This document shows positions 10,830 to 19,697 of a DNA stretch of 64,000 nucleotides, piece by piece (position 1 is the stretch's first letter; the number at the start of each line of letters is the position of its first letter). The notes under the pieces were generated by a model. The model had not been told where the DNA came from, made no database searches, and saw only the letters and a list, made by a program, of their open reading frames with translations. The translations under genes and the position numbers were made by a program. The stretch is taken from assembly GCA_017999675.1 (NCBI GenBank), contig JAGNLL010000001.1, forward strand, positions 120,415 through 184,414, read 5' to 3'. This DNA comes from Rickettsiales bacterium. GTDB lineage: Bacteria > Pseudomonadota > Alphaproteobacteria > Rickettsiales > UBA1997.

Positions 10830-12293
10830 ATGTCAGAACTTACAAAACTAACCATTCGCCAAACTCTTGAAGGCTTAAAATCTAAAAAATTTTCAAGCGT
10901 TGATGTCACTTCAGCTTACATCAAAAACATCGAGCAAAACCGCAATTTAAATGCCTTCATCACTGAATCTTTTGACGTAGCTTTAACTCAGGCAAAAGAA
11001 TCTGACGCAAAAATTGCCGCCGGAAAAATGGGTGACCTCGAAGGCATTCCTCTCGGCATTAAAGATCTTTTCTGCACCAAAAATATCCGCACCACTTCTG
11101 GCTCAAAAATGTTAGAAAATTTTGTGCCAACTTACGAATCAACAGTTTCGCAAAAGCTTTTAGACGCCGGATCAGTCACACTCGGCAAACTAAACATGGA
11201 CGAATTCGCCATGGGTTCTGCAACAACTAACAGCTATTTTGGACCAGTAATTAACCCTTACAAAAAGAAAGGATCTGACGAAAATTTAGTGCCCGGTGGC
11301 AGCTCTGGTGGCTCTTCTGCAGCGGTTGCAGCAAATTTATGTTTGGGTGCAACAGGCTCCGACACGGGTGGATCAATCAGACAGCCCGCCTCTTTTACCA
11401 ACACTGTCGGCATTAAACCAACCTACGGCCGCTGCTCACGCTACGGCATGATTGCCTTTGCTAGCTCGCTTGACCAAGCCGGAATTTTTGCCAAAGACGT
11501 TTTTGATGCCGCACTTTTACAGCGCGTGATTTCTGGTTTTGACGCTAAAGATTCAACCTCGGTAAACATTGCCGTGCCACAATTTGAAGCGCTTTTAAAC
11601 TCAAACATCTGCGGCAAAAAAATTGGCATTCCTAAAGAATATTTCGCTGATGGCATGTCGGAAGAAATCGTGCAACTGTGGAATCGCGGTAAAGAAATGT
11701 TGCAAAAACGTGGCGCCGAAATTGTCGAAATTTCTTTGCCTCACACCAAATATGCTGCCGCCGTTTACTACGTTTTGGCTTCTGCCGAATGCTCGTCAAA
11801 CCTTGCCAGATTTGACGGCGTGCGCTACGGATTTAGAGCTGAAGGCAATAATTTATCTCTCGAAGAAATGTACGAAAAAACCCGCGCCCAAGGTTTTGGC
11901 GCTGAGGTAAAACGTAGAATTCTAACTGGAACCTACGTGCTTTCTGCCGGCTATTTTGACGCCTACTACAAAAAAGCCCAAAGAGTGCGCAACCTTGTGT
12001 TGCAAGACTTCACTGAGGCTTTCAAAAAAGTTGACGTAATTCTAACCCCAACAACTCCAAGCGCGGCATTTTCAATTGATGAATCGAAAAAAATTGGCAG
12101 TTCTGATCCGGTAAAAATGTACTTAAACGACATCTTCACAATTCCGGTGAACTTGGCGGGATTACCTGCAATGTCGGTTCCAGCAGGCTTTGACAAGGAT
12201 GGCTTACCTTTGGGACTACAACTAATTTCAAACCACTTCAACGAACAAGCCATACTAGACGTGGCTTTGGCGATTGAGGAAGATTCAAAATAG
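10830..12293 (+). CDS. gatA: Glu-tRNA(Gln)/Asp-tRNA(Asn) amidotransferase subunit A
   Basis: 487 aa with the amidase signature [12 protein letters not shown]...[12 protein letters not shown]. Confidence 0.97.
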   Translation: MSELTKLTIRQTLEGLKSKKFSSVDVTSAYIKNIEQNRNLNAFITESFDVALTQAKESDAKIAAGKMGDLEGIPLGIKDLFCTKNIRTTSGSKMLENFVPTYESTVSQKLLDAGSVTLGKLNMDEFAMGSATTNSYFGPVINPYKKKGSDENLVPGGSSGGSSAAVAANLCLGATGSDTGGSIRQPASFTNTVGIKPTYGRCSRYGMIAFASSLDQAGIFAKDVFDAALLQRVISGFDAKDSTSVNIAVPQFEALLNSNICGKKIGIPKEYFADGMSEEIVQLWNRGKEMLQKRGAEIVEISLPHTKYAAAVYYVLASAECSSNLARFDGVRYGFRAEGNNLSLEEMYEKTRAQGFGAEVKRRILTGTYVLSAGYFDAYYKKAQRVRNLVLQDFTEAFKKVDVILTPTTPSAAFSIDESKKIGSSDPVKMYLNDIFTIPVNLAGLPAMSVPAGFDKDGLPLGLQLISNHFNEQAILDVALAIEEDSK

Positions 12294-12323
12294 ATCTCGT
12301 GCAGCACTAGCGCTGCACCTAGC

Positions 12324-12385
12324 GCTGGACTGGGCTTGCAACCCAGTCCACATGTTCATTTTCTCAACTGAAATTTTTAGTGAGT
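12324..12385 (-). repeat. Partial, inverted copy of the twin-hairpin repeat (hairpin B half)
   Basis: gctggactgggcttgcaacccagtccacatgttcatt matches the reverse complement of the 3' half of the 53556-53647 element. Lies between convergent gatA and argB. Confidence 0.6.
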
Positions 12386-12395
12386 GTAATTAACC

Positions 12396-13364
12396 CTACA
12401 GAATCATCGTTCCCGCACCGCTTTCGGTGAAGATTTCCATCAGCAAAATATTTTCAACGCCGCCGTTTAAAATGTGGGCGTAGGCCACGTTTGTTTCTAG
12501 GGCGTGAATGCAGGTTTCAATTTTTGGAATCATGCCGCCGGTGATTACGCCGTTTTGAATCATTTGCTTGGCAGTGGCAATGTTTAGGTGGCTCACTAGC
12601 TCACCATTTTGCAGCATCACACCATCAACATCTGATAAAATAATTAGCTTTGAAGCATGTAGCGCTGACGCAATTGCACCCGCCGCAGTGTCAGCATTAA
12701 TGTTAAAAGTTTCGCCATTATCGCCAATGCCAATTGGGGCAATTACAGGGATAATGTCGGTGTCTTCAAACATGGTGAGAATTTCGGGGTCAATCATGTA
12801 AGGCTCGCCGACGAAGCCTAAGTTTAGAATTTTTTCAATGTTTGAATCAGGATCTTTTTTGGTGCGCGAAATTTTTTTGGCGCGAATTAAATTGCCATCT
12901 TTACCGCAAATACCAACGGCCTTACCAGCTGCGGCGTTGATTTCTTTAACAATCATTTTGTTAATTGAACCAGCCAAAACCATTTCAACCACATCAACCG
13001 TGTCAGAGTCGGTGACGCGCAAACCGTCAACAAAAGACGATTTAATATTTAACTTGGTAAGCATTTGACCAATTTGCGGGCCACCGCCGTGAACCACGAT
13101 TGGATTGATGCCAACCTGTTTTAGTAAAACGATATTTTTGGCAAAATTTTTCAAATTATCTTTGCCACCCATTGCCGAACCACCGAATTTAATCACAAAA
13201 GTTTCGCCGGCAAATTTGCGCATGTAAGGCAAAGCTTCACACAAAACTTCGGCTTTATGGGCCCAGTCTTGGCGGTCTTTATCTTTTTGTAGCAAGATGT
13301 TTTCAGTTGGCGTGACGGTGCCAGCTTCTTTTTTGTGATCGTCGAAATTGATGATGTTGGTCAT
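12396..13364 (-). CDS. argB: Acetylglutamate kinase
   Basis: Start taken at the ATG at 13362-13364 (MTNIINF...). Carries the VIKFGGSAMG and VVHGGGPQI motifs. Confidence 0.95.
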   Translation of the reverse strand: MTNIINFDDHKKEAGTVTPTENILLQKDKDRQDWAHKAEVLCEALPYMRKFAGETFVIKFGGSAMGGKDNLKNFAKNIVLLKQVGINPIVVHGGGPQIGQMLTKLNIKSSFVDGLRVTDSDTVDVVEMVLAGSINKMIVKEINAAAGKAVGICGKDGNLIRAKKISRTKKDPDSNIEKILNLGFVGEPYMIDPEILTMFEDTDIIPVIAPIGIGDNGETFNINADTAAGAIASALHASKLIILSDVDGVMLQNGELVSHLNIATAKQMIQNGVITGGMIPKIETCIHALETNVAYAHILNGGVENILLMEIFTESGAGTMIL

Positions 13365-13426
13365 GATTTTTGTTTTTAGTTTTAGTGGGTTTGGAAGGGC
13401 GGGCAATATGCATTAGGAGGGTTTTT

Positions 13427-14053
13427 TTAATCAAGAAAGTTTTTAAAAAAATCCCGCATTACGACTGTGTCAATTCCAGTAAAATTTTTTAGAGTTGTAA
13501 TAAGCTCATTCGGCGATTTTGCGGCCACTGGCAGCTCGTCATTTAAAATTATTTTTTCAACCACAACCCCCCTCGCCTTCAAAGCCTCAACAGCGCAAAG
13601 TGTGTGGCTAATTGCACCCAAATAATTTGCGCTAACCAACAGCACCGAAATTTTTAACTCTGCTGCTAAATCTAAAAAAGTTTTTTCGTAATTAATTGGC
13701 GTCATCACGCCACCCGCAGCTTCGACGAATAAAATTTTGCCGAGGCTTTTCGCTTCAGAAATTTTTTTCTGACAAAAATCAATAACTTCGTCAAAATTAA
13801 TTTTGCCGGCAAAATGCGGTGAAACTGCTGGCTCAAAGCGCCAAGGCGTGATTGAATTTAAATTTTGCGGAGAATTTTTTAAAGAAAGCGCGCTTAAAAT
13901 TTTTGCCGAATCGCTGTTTTCATCGCCCTCGCTAAAGCCACTGGCAATTGGCTTAATCGCCATTGCGTTTGGCAAAATGCGGCAAAGATTTTCGACCAAA
14001 AATGTTTTGCCAATGTCGGTGCCAATTGCTGCAACGAAGTAAGCTTTTTGCAT
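13427..14053 (-). CDS. bioD: ATP-dependent dethiobiotin synthetase
   Basis: MQKAYFVAAIGTDIGKT P-loop plus KPIASG, SPH and VEAAGG motifs. The ATG at 14051-14053 overlaps the upstream stop (TAATG). Confidence 0.85.
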   Translation of the reverse strand: MQKAYFVAAIGTDIGKTFLVENLCRILPNAMAIKPIASGFSEGDENSDSAKILSALSLKNSPQNLNSITPWRFEPAVSPHFAGKINFDEVIDFCQKKISEAKSLGKILFVEAAGGVMTPINYEKTFLDLAAELKISVLLVSANYLGAISHTLCAVEALKARGVVVEKIILNDELPVAAKSPNELITTLKNFTGIDTVVMRDFFKNFLD

Positions 14054-15249
14054 TAGTTCATTTTTGAAAAGCTGCCGTAGATCGGGCCAAACACCGCAAT
14101 TGTAATCCACGCGATCATGCCACCCATCACGATGGTGAGGGTTGGCTGAATCATGCCAACTAGCCTGTCGATTGAGTCATTAATTTCGCGGTCGTAGAAA
14201 AATTTAATGTTTTGTAGTGAGGCTTCCATGTTACCACTTTCCTCACCAATCTTAAACATGCGAACCACAAGGTTTGGAAAATATCCGGTGAGCGCCAAAG
14301 ATTTTGCCAGCGATTGACCGTCCGACACCTGCTGCTTCACCACAATAATACTGCGGCGAATTGCCTTATTTTTTACAACACCGCCCGACGCTTCCAAACA
14401 TTCAATTACGCCCAGACCACTTTTGAAAGTCATGGCAAAGAATTGACAAAATTTTGCCGAGTCAATTTTGCTGATGATGGGGCCAAAAATTGGCAGTTTT
14501 AATTTGATGTCGTCAATTTGCACCGCAAGCTCGGGCGATTGCGACAAAAGCTTAATCACCACCCACATGAACGGCACTGAGAAAATAATTAGGTACCAAT
14601 TATTTTTCACAAAGTCGGAAAAGGCGATTAGTGAAATTGTCATCATTGGCAAAGTTAAACCTTGCGACACGATGAAACCCGTCACTTTTGGCACAACGAT
14701 TGAGGTCATAATGCCAATTACAATGAACATCATGATGATACCAAACAGCGGGCCGGTGATGGCTTTGCGGGTTTTTCTTTTGATGTCCATCGACCATTTT
14801 AAATCTTCAATAATGCTGGCAAAGGAGTTGGTCAAATTACCAGTTTTTTCACCCATTCCAATCAGCCCAATGTGCACCGAGTTGAAAACGTCGGGGCGTT
14901 TGGCCAAAGCTTCAGAAAACAAACTACCGTTTTTAATCGACTCGTGAACCTCGTGCATCAGGTTTTTCACGCGGTTGTATTCTGCGGTGTCTTTAAGGTC
15001 GGCAACCGAATCTACAATTGAAACACCGGCGCGCTCTAACTGCTCAAGATGCACAAAAATGCCGATTAAATCTTTGTTGTTAACTTTGTCTAAAAAGCTT
15101 CCCGAGCTTTGTTTTTCTTCTTTAAATGTGACCAACTCAAAACCACTTGAGCGCAAAATTGTCGCCAAATCTGAAGGGTTTTCTGCCGCCATTTTTCCGG
15201 TGATGTAGCGGCCGTTGTCGTTAATTACTTTGTAGCGGTAATGTTTCAT
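14053..15249 (-). CDS. Type II secretion / type IV pilus platform protein (GspF/PilC family)
   Basis: 398 aa with two GspF-type repeats, each followed by TM segments. Start overlaps the def stop by 4 nt. Confidence 0.85.
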   Translation of the reverse strand: MKHYRYKVINDNGRYITGKMAAENPSDLATILRSSGFELVTFKEEKQSSGSFLDKVNNKDLIGIFVHLEQLERAGVSIVDSVADLKDTAEYNRVKNLMHEVHESIKNGSLFSEALAKRPDVFNSVHIGLIGMGEKTGNLTNSFASIIEDLKWSMDIKRKTRKAITGPLFGIIMMFIVIGIMTSIVVPKVTGFIVSQGLTLPMMTISLIAFSDFVKNNWYLIIFSVPFMWVVIKLLSQSPELAVQIDDIKLKLPIFGPIISKIDSAKFCQFFAMTFKSGLGVIECLEASGGVVKNKAIRRSIIVVKQQVSDGQSLAKSLALTGYFPNLVVRMFKIGEESGNMEASLQNIKFFYDREINDSIDRLVGMIQPTLTIVMGGMIAWITIAVFGPIYGSFSKMN

Positions 15250-15806
15250 TTTCTGTGCAGTTTTTTCATTTTATTTAAGATCACTTCGCGCTTTAGCTTT
15301 GAAATGTGATCAACAAAAACAATTCCGTTTAAATGGTCAATTTCGTGCTGAATGCAGATGGCAAGCAGCCCCGTCATTTCTTCAATTTGTTCGTTTCCGT
15401 CAAAATCTAAATATTTCACTTTCACTTTTTGCGGACGAGTTACGTCTGAACGCATGTCAGGAAAAGACAAACAACCTTCGTTGTAAGGCTTAGATTCTTT
15501 TGAAAATTCGATAATTTCTGGATTTACAAAAAAACGCGGATTGGTGTTTTTAACGTGAACCCCGCCGCATCCGTGATGGTCGTGGTGGTGATGGTCGTGA
15601 TCCTCAACTTCGTAATCAACATCAATCACCAAAACTCTTTTTAAAATTCCAACTTGTACCGCAGCCAGACCAACACCGTGCTCGGCATACATTGTATTTA
15701 CCATGTTTTTCATGGTTTGGCGCAAGGCTTCGTCAATTTTTTCGACGGGTTTTGAGATTTGTTTTAGTAGTGGGTCGGGTGCTAGAATTAGGGGAAGAGT
15801 TTTCAT
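15246..15806 (-). CDS. def: Peptide deformylase with a His-rich insertion
   Basis: Start taken at the ATG at 15804-15806 (MKTLPLILAPDP...). Carries GVGLAAVQ, EGCLSFP and QHEIDH motifs. The track ORF extension to 15899 runs into a palindromic repeat. Confidence 0.95.
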   Translation of the reverse strand: MKTLPLILAPDPLLKQISKPVEKIDEALRQTMKNMVNTMYAEHGVGLAAVQVGILKRVLVIDVDYEVEDHDHHHHDHHGCGGVHVKNTNPRFFVNPEIIEFSKESKPYNEGCLSFPDMRSDVTRPQKVKVKYLDFDGNEQIEEMTGLLAICIQHEIDHLNGIVFVDHISKLKREVILNKMKKLHRK

Positions 15807-15835
15807 AAATTTTCTTTTTTCAAATTTTTGCGCGT

Positions 15836-15934
15836 TCTGGATTGCCGCGCTGCGCTCGCAATGACGGAGGTTGGAGGAAGGACGGAGAACTTCCTCCAAC
15901 CTCCGTCATTGCGAGCGCAGCGCGGCAATCCAGA
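15836..15934. repeat. Perfect long palindrome (45-nt arms, 9-nt loop) between purN and def
   Basis: tctggattgccgcgctgcgctcgcaatgacggaggttggaggaag / gacggagaa / exact reverse complement. GC-rich. Confidence 0.9.
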
Positions 15935-15953
15935 CTACACTCAACAAACACTT

Positions 15954-16535
15954 TCAAACCATTCTCTCACAAACAATTTTCAAAGCCTGCGGATAAACCC
16001 GATGCTCCTCTTTCAAAATTTTTGCCGCAAGAATTTCTTTCGTGTCGCTTGGTAAAACCTCAACTTCGGCCTGCAAAATAATCGGCCCCGAGTCCATTTC
16101 TTCACGCACAAAATGCACCGTGCATCCAGATTTTTTTACCCCCGCTTTAATTGCGTCTCCAACCGCATCAGCCCCTTTAAATTCAGGCAAAAGCGACGGG
16201 TGAATATTAATTAAACAATCAAACCACCTTTCAACAAACCAGCCCGAAAGCAAGCGCATAAAGCCCGCAAGGCACACAATTTGCGCACCAGATTTTTCAA
16301 TTTCTTCACTAACTTTTTTGTCAAAATCTTGGCGCGAAGCAAACTCGCGGTGATTTACAAACGCCGTTTTAATGCCTTTGCTTGCAGCAAATTTCAACCC
16401 TTCAGCGTCAATTTTATTTGCCAAAACTAGCACCACTTGCGCCGGAAAATCGCTAGCCTCACAAGCCTGCACAATGGCCTGCATGTTGCTGCCACGCCCC
16501 GAAATTAAAATTGCCGTTTTGATTTTTTGAGTCAT
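15954..16535 (-). CDS. purN: Phosphoribosylglycinamide formyltransferase
   Basis: 193 aa with ILISGRGSNMQAI and NIHPSLLP motifs. Confidence 0.95.
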   Translation of the reverse strand: MTQKIKTAILISGRGSNMQAIVQACEASDFPAQVVLVLANKIDAEGLKFAASKGIKTAFVNHREFASRQDFDKKVSEEIEKSGAQIVCLAGFMRLLSGWFVERWFDCLINIHPSLLPEFKGADAVGDAIKAGVKKSGCTVHFVREEMDSGPIILQAEVEVLPSDTKEILAAKILKEEHRVYPQALKIVCERMV

Positions 16536-16677
16536 TTTTTCTTTGCCAATTAACTAATTTTCACCCAACAGATGCTTTTTAGTGTCATTTATTTTTTCTT
16601 TAAAGTCAGCAAACAATCCCTCGTTGTAGATCTAGCGAATTTTAACTTTCTTCACTAAAAAATATTGGTAAAAAAAC

Positions 16678-16703
16678 AAAAATTGTACGTACGTACAATT
16701 TTT
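16678..16703. promoter_or_regulatory. Perfect 26-bp AT-rich palindrome, candidate operator upstream of the nuclease gene
   Basis: aaaaattgtacgt|acgtacaattttt lies 46 nt upstream of the ATG at 16749, which has an aaaggaga Shine-Dalgarno sequence at 16733-16740. Confidence 0.45.
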
Positions 16704-16748
16704 TTTCAAAACCCTCTAAACCCAACAGCGCCAAAGGAGAATAGCCAA

Positions 16749-17759
16749 ATGGAAATTGCACTTAAAAATTACACAAAGCTACTGCAAGCAATCCAAAAAA
16801 TAGTAGCAAAAACTGAACAAAATATTGTTCAAAATGTTAACCGCGAAAAAGTTGTAATGAGTTGGCAAATTGGCCAATTAGTCGACGAATATTTGCTTGA
16901 AAATGACCAAGAACAGTACCGAAAAAAGCTGCTAGAAGAGCTCGAAAAAGACACCGCAATCACTACGCGCGCCTTGTACCAGATGCGCAGCTTTTACAAA
17001 GCTTACCCAACTTTGCCTGCACAAGAAAGCGACTTGAGTTGGAGCCACTACCGCAGCCTTTCTTCAGTGGCAAATGTTGAAACTCGCAAGCGTCTTGAAG
17101 ATTTAACTGTTAGCGACGGACTTGGCGCCGACAAGCTGCAAAGCGAAATTTCAAAAATAAAATCGAAGGCAAAAAAGCGGCGCGAGAAAAATGTTTCTAA
17201 AAAAATCACCAAACTTTCGGTGAAACGTGGCCAGCTTTTTACTTACAAAATAGTGGTCTCGCCCCACACCAACAAAACTTTAATCGACTGCGGCTTCAAC
17301 ATTTTTACCGAAATAAAAACTTCGCTAAAAGCTGACGGCGCAGTGGTAAAATCTGTCAAAAAAGGCACCGCTTTTAGCCTAAAAAAATCTGCCGCAAAAC
17401 CGCAACAGCTGCACACCTACAAAGCTTATTTGGACAAGGTGGTTGACGGCGACACGCTGCACGTGACACTCGATCTGGGCTTTAAAATTGAACACAAAGA
17501 AATCTTGCGCCTTGCCAAAATTAACGCACCCGAAGCAAAAGAAATTGCCGGCAAAAAAAGCACCGCCGCCCTGCAAGAAATTTTAAAAGATGCGAAGTTT
17601 CTAATTGTAAAAACCAACAAAACCGACATTTACGGCCGCTACGTGGCCGATGTTTTTTTTGATGAAAGCGGAAAAGAAACCAACCCACAAAAAGTTGCCG
17701 ACAGCGGAATTTACTTAAACCAACTGCTGCTTGATCGCGGCTTGGTTGAGGCTTTTTAA
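16749..17759 (+). CDS. Fusion protein: DUF1016 N-terminal (YhcG-like) domain plus C-terminal staphylococcal-nuclease (SNase/thermonuclease) domain
   Basis: N-terminus has NREKVVMSWQIGQLV...MRSFYKAY...LSWSHYRSL, the DUF1016_N pattern. C-terminus has VVDGDTLHV...LRLAKINAPE...DIYGRYVADV, the SNase pattern. A Lys-rich linker joins them. Confidence 0.75.
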   Translation: MEIALKNYTKLLQAIQKIVAKTEQNIVQNVNREKVVMSWQIGQLVDEYLLENDQEQYRKKLLEELEKDTAITTRALYQMRSFYKAYPTLPAQESDLSWSHYRSLSSVANVETRKRLEDLTVSDGLGADKLQSEISKIKSKAKKRREKNVSKKITKLSVKRGQLFTYKIVVSPHTNKTLIDCGFNIFTEIKTSLKADGAVVKSVKKGTAFSLKKSAAKPQQLHTYKAYLDKVVDGDTLHVTLDLGFKIEHKEILRLAKINAPEAKEIAGKKSTAALQEILKDAKFLIVKTNKTDIYGRYVADVFFDESGKETNPQKVADSGIYLNQLLLDRGLVEAF

Positions 17760-17789
17760 GAGACTGTCGCCGAAACGCCGCGTCAAACC

Positions 17790-19598
17790 TTAAGAGGTCA
17801 AGCCCTTCTCGCCCACAGCTTGGCTTTGTAGTGTTGAAGTTGCTACTGGCTCGGACACTGATGCACTAGGATCTTCTGTGCGCGCAACCCGATCAAACAA
17901 AGCACTTAACACCTCAGCCACCTCCTGCCTACCAACCTCTCCGTGTATTTCTAACATGTAGCGAGCAGTCTCGTCTTGGAATATTTTGATAAACTCTGTA
18001 AGCTTTTGACGATCAAGAGTTCTGTGTACCACGTCTTGCGGCAATGCTTGATCGTAAATAAAATTCTTTTCAATCCGACCAAGATCAACTATATCCAGAT
18101 TATTAATTTTCTTATACCCAAGTTGCATCTCAGAGATATTTTTTACAATTTCCTTCAAAGAATTCTTTCCGTCGCCTTCTGGAATTTGGCTTAACTCATT
18201 ATTTAAATATTCCGTAATTGCCTCAACGGTCTCAAAAGAAGAAATTTGGGTAAATATTTGAGCAGCTTCTGTCGTATTTAATGTGAGTAATCCGGCCTTT
18301 TCTTCTGGCAACAAAGATTCAACACCAATCAAAGAATCCACCATGTTTCTAGCAAGGCCCTTAATGGCATTTTCAGCTTCTATTTGGGGGCGAAACCTGA
18401 GTGGGGGAAGGTCTCGCTCTCTATTTTGCATATTTTTCCCAATGGCATAAAGCAAGGCAGCGGCCAACACTCCTGAAGCCAAAACTTTGGTGAAAAATTC
18501 TTTAGCATTATCGCGAAGCATTTCGTTAGCCTCCTTAAAAGAAAAATCTTCCCTAACTTTCAGCTCAATTATTTTTTTACACTCCGCCAAATATTCTTCG
18601 TATTTGCCCTCTGCGCGGTAAATTTTGGCCATTTCAAGATGAGTTCTAGATCGCACTTTCGCCTCAGTCTCTACTGCTAGCGAGTAGGAAAAATCTTCTT
18701 TCGCACCTGCAACATCTCCTAAATAATTCCGATACCGCCCTCTGTCAAAATAAAACCACTTTCCGTTTGGATTTAGTACGATTGCGTGATTGATCATTTC
18801 GAAAGCCTTTTGTGCTCTTCCCCCTTTGTCTGAGCCAGATTCTGCAAAAAGCAAATTTGCATCTCTCTTCAAATCAACAGCTAAATCTTGATCAGATTTT
18901 GTCGCGCCTGACTTAGAATAACCTGCGTAAAAATTTCTCACTTCAAGCTTGCGCGCCTCTACTACCCGCTCTTGTTTAATTATTTCAATATTTCTGGCAT
19001 TGCGAGAAATTAGAATTTCAGCATCCCCAAAAGAATGATCTCCCTCAACTTTCAGCTCGATTATTTTTTGACACTCCGCCGAAGATTCTTCGTATTTGCC
19101 CTCTGCGCGGTAAATTTTAGCTATTTCAAGACGAGTTCTAGATAGCGCTAGTGGGTCATTCTCAACCTCTGATGAGTGAGAAAAATCCTTTTTTGCACCG
19201 TCAACATCTCCCAGAAACTTCCGATACATCCCTCTGTCAAAATAAAACCACGTTCCATTTGGATTTAGTACGATTGCGTGATTGATCATTTCTAAGGCCT
19301 TTTGCGTTCTTTCTTTTTGATCTGAGCCAGATTTTGCAAAAAGCAAATCTGCATCTCTCTTCAAACGCAAAGCTAAATCTTGATCAGATTTTATCTCTGA
19401 TTGCGGAAAATTTTCTGCGTAAAAATTTCTCGCTTCAACTTTAGGATCAGGAAAAAGATCGAGGCCAATTCCTTCAATCTCAAGATCACCACCAACATCC
19501 TGCAAAGCATTGCGTGGTTTATTAAAATTTTGATCAACCGCCCCACCGCGGTTTAACAAGGCTGCGGTCACAGCAAAAAATTTTAGAATTGGTTTCAT
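17790..19598 (-). CDS. TPR-repeat protein with an internal 164-aa tandem duplication, a mid-protein TM segment and an unknown C-terminal domain
   Basis: 602 aa with an N-terminal hydrophobic leader. Repeat units at 18951-19442 and 18525-18950 have a 492-nt period. TM segment FFTKVLASGVLAAALLYAIG. Confidence 0.7.
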   Translation of the reverse strand: MKPILKFFAVTAALLNRGGAVDQNFNKPRNALQDVGGDLEIEGIGLDLFPDPKVEARNFYAENFPQSEIKSDQDLALRLKRDADLLFAKSGSDQKERTQKALEMINHAIVLNPNGTWFYFDRGMYRKFLGDVDGAKKDFSHSSEVENDPLALSRTRLEIAKIYRAEGKYEESSAECQKIIELKVEGDHSFGDAEILISRNARNIEIIKQERVVEARKLEVRNFYAGYSKSGATKSDQDLAVDLKRDANLLFAESGSDKGGRAQKAFEMINHAIVLNPNGKWFYFDRGRYRNYLGDVAGAKEDFSYSLAVETEAKVRSRTHLEMAKIYRAEGKYEEYLAECKKIIELKVREDFSFKEANEMLRDNAKEFFTKVLASGVLAAALLYAIGKNMQNRERDLPPLRFRPQIEAENAIKGLARNMVDSLIGVESLLPEEKAGLLTLNTTEAAQIFTQISSFETVEAITEYLNNELSQIPEGDGKNSLKEIVKNISEMQLGYKKINNLDIVDLGRIEKNFIYDQALPQDVVHRTLDRQKLTEFIKIFQDETARYMLEIHGEVGRQEVAEVLSALFDRVARTEDPSASVSEPVATSTLQSQAVGEKGLTS

Positions 19599-19697
19599 TT
19601 TGTTCAGTTTTTAATTAAGAATTATTTTGCCAAACCGATTGCCCCAATGGCTTAAAAAAGCTAGTCGATTGTCGAAATTTGACACCCTTTTGTCTTT

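Noticed and set aside
15807-16081. 31-codon N-terminal extension of def and two plus-strand ORFs (15828-16055, 15842-16081)
   Set aside because: They are read-through of the 99-nt palindrome, giving peptides like RHCERSAAIQ. def has a normal start (MKTLPL...) at 15806. The plus-strand ORFs overlap purN antisense.
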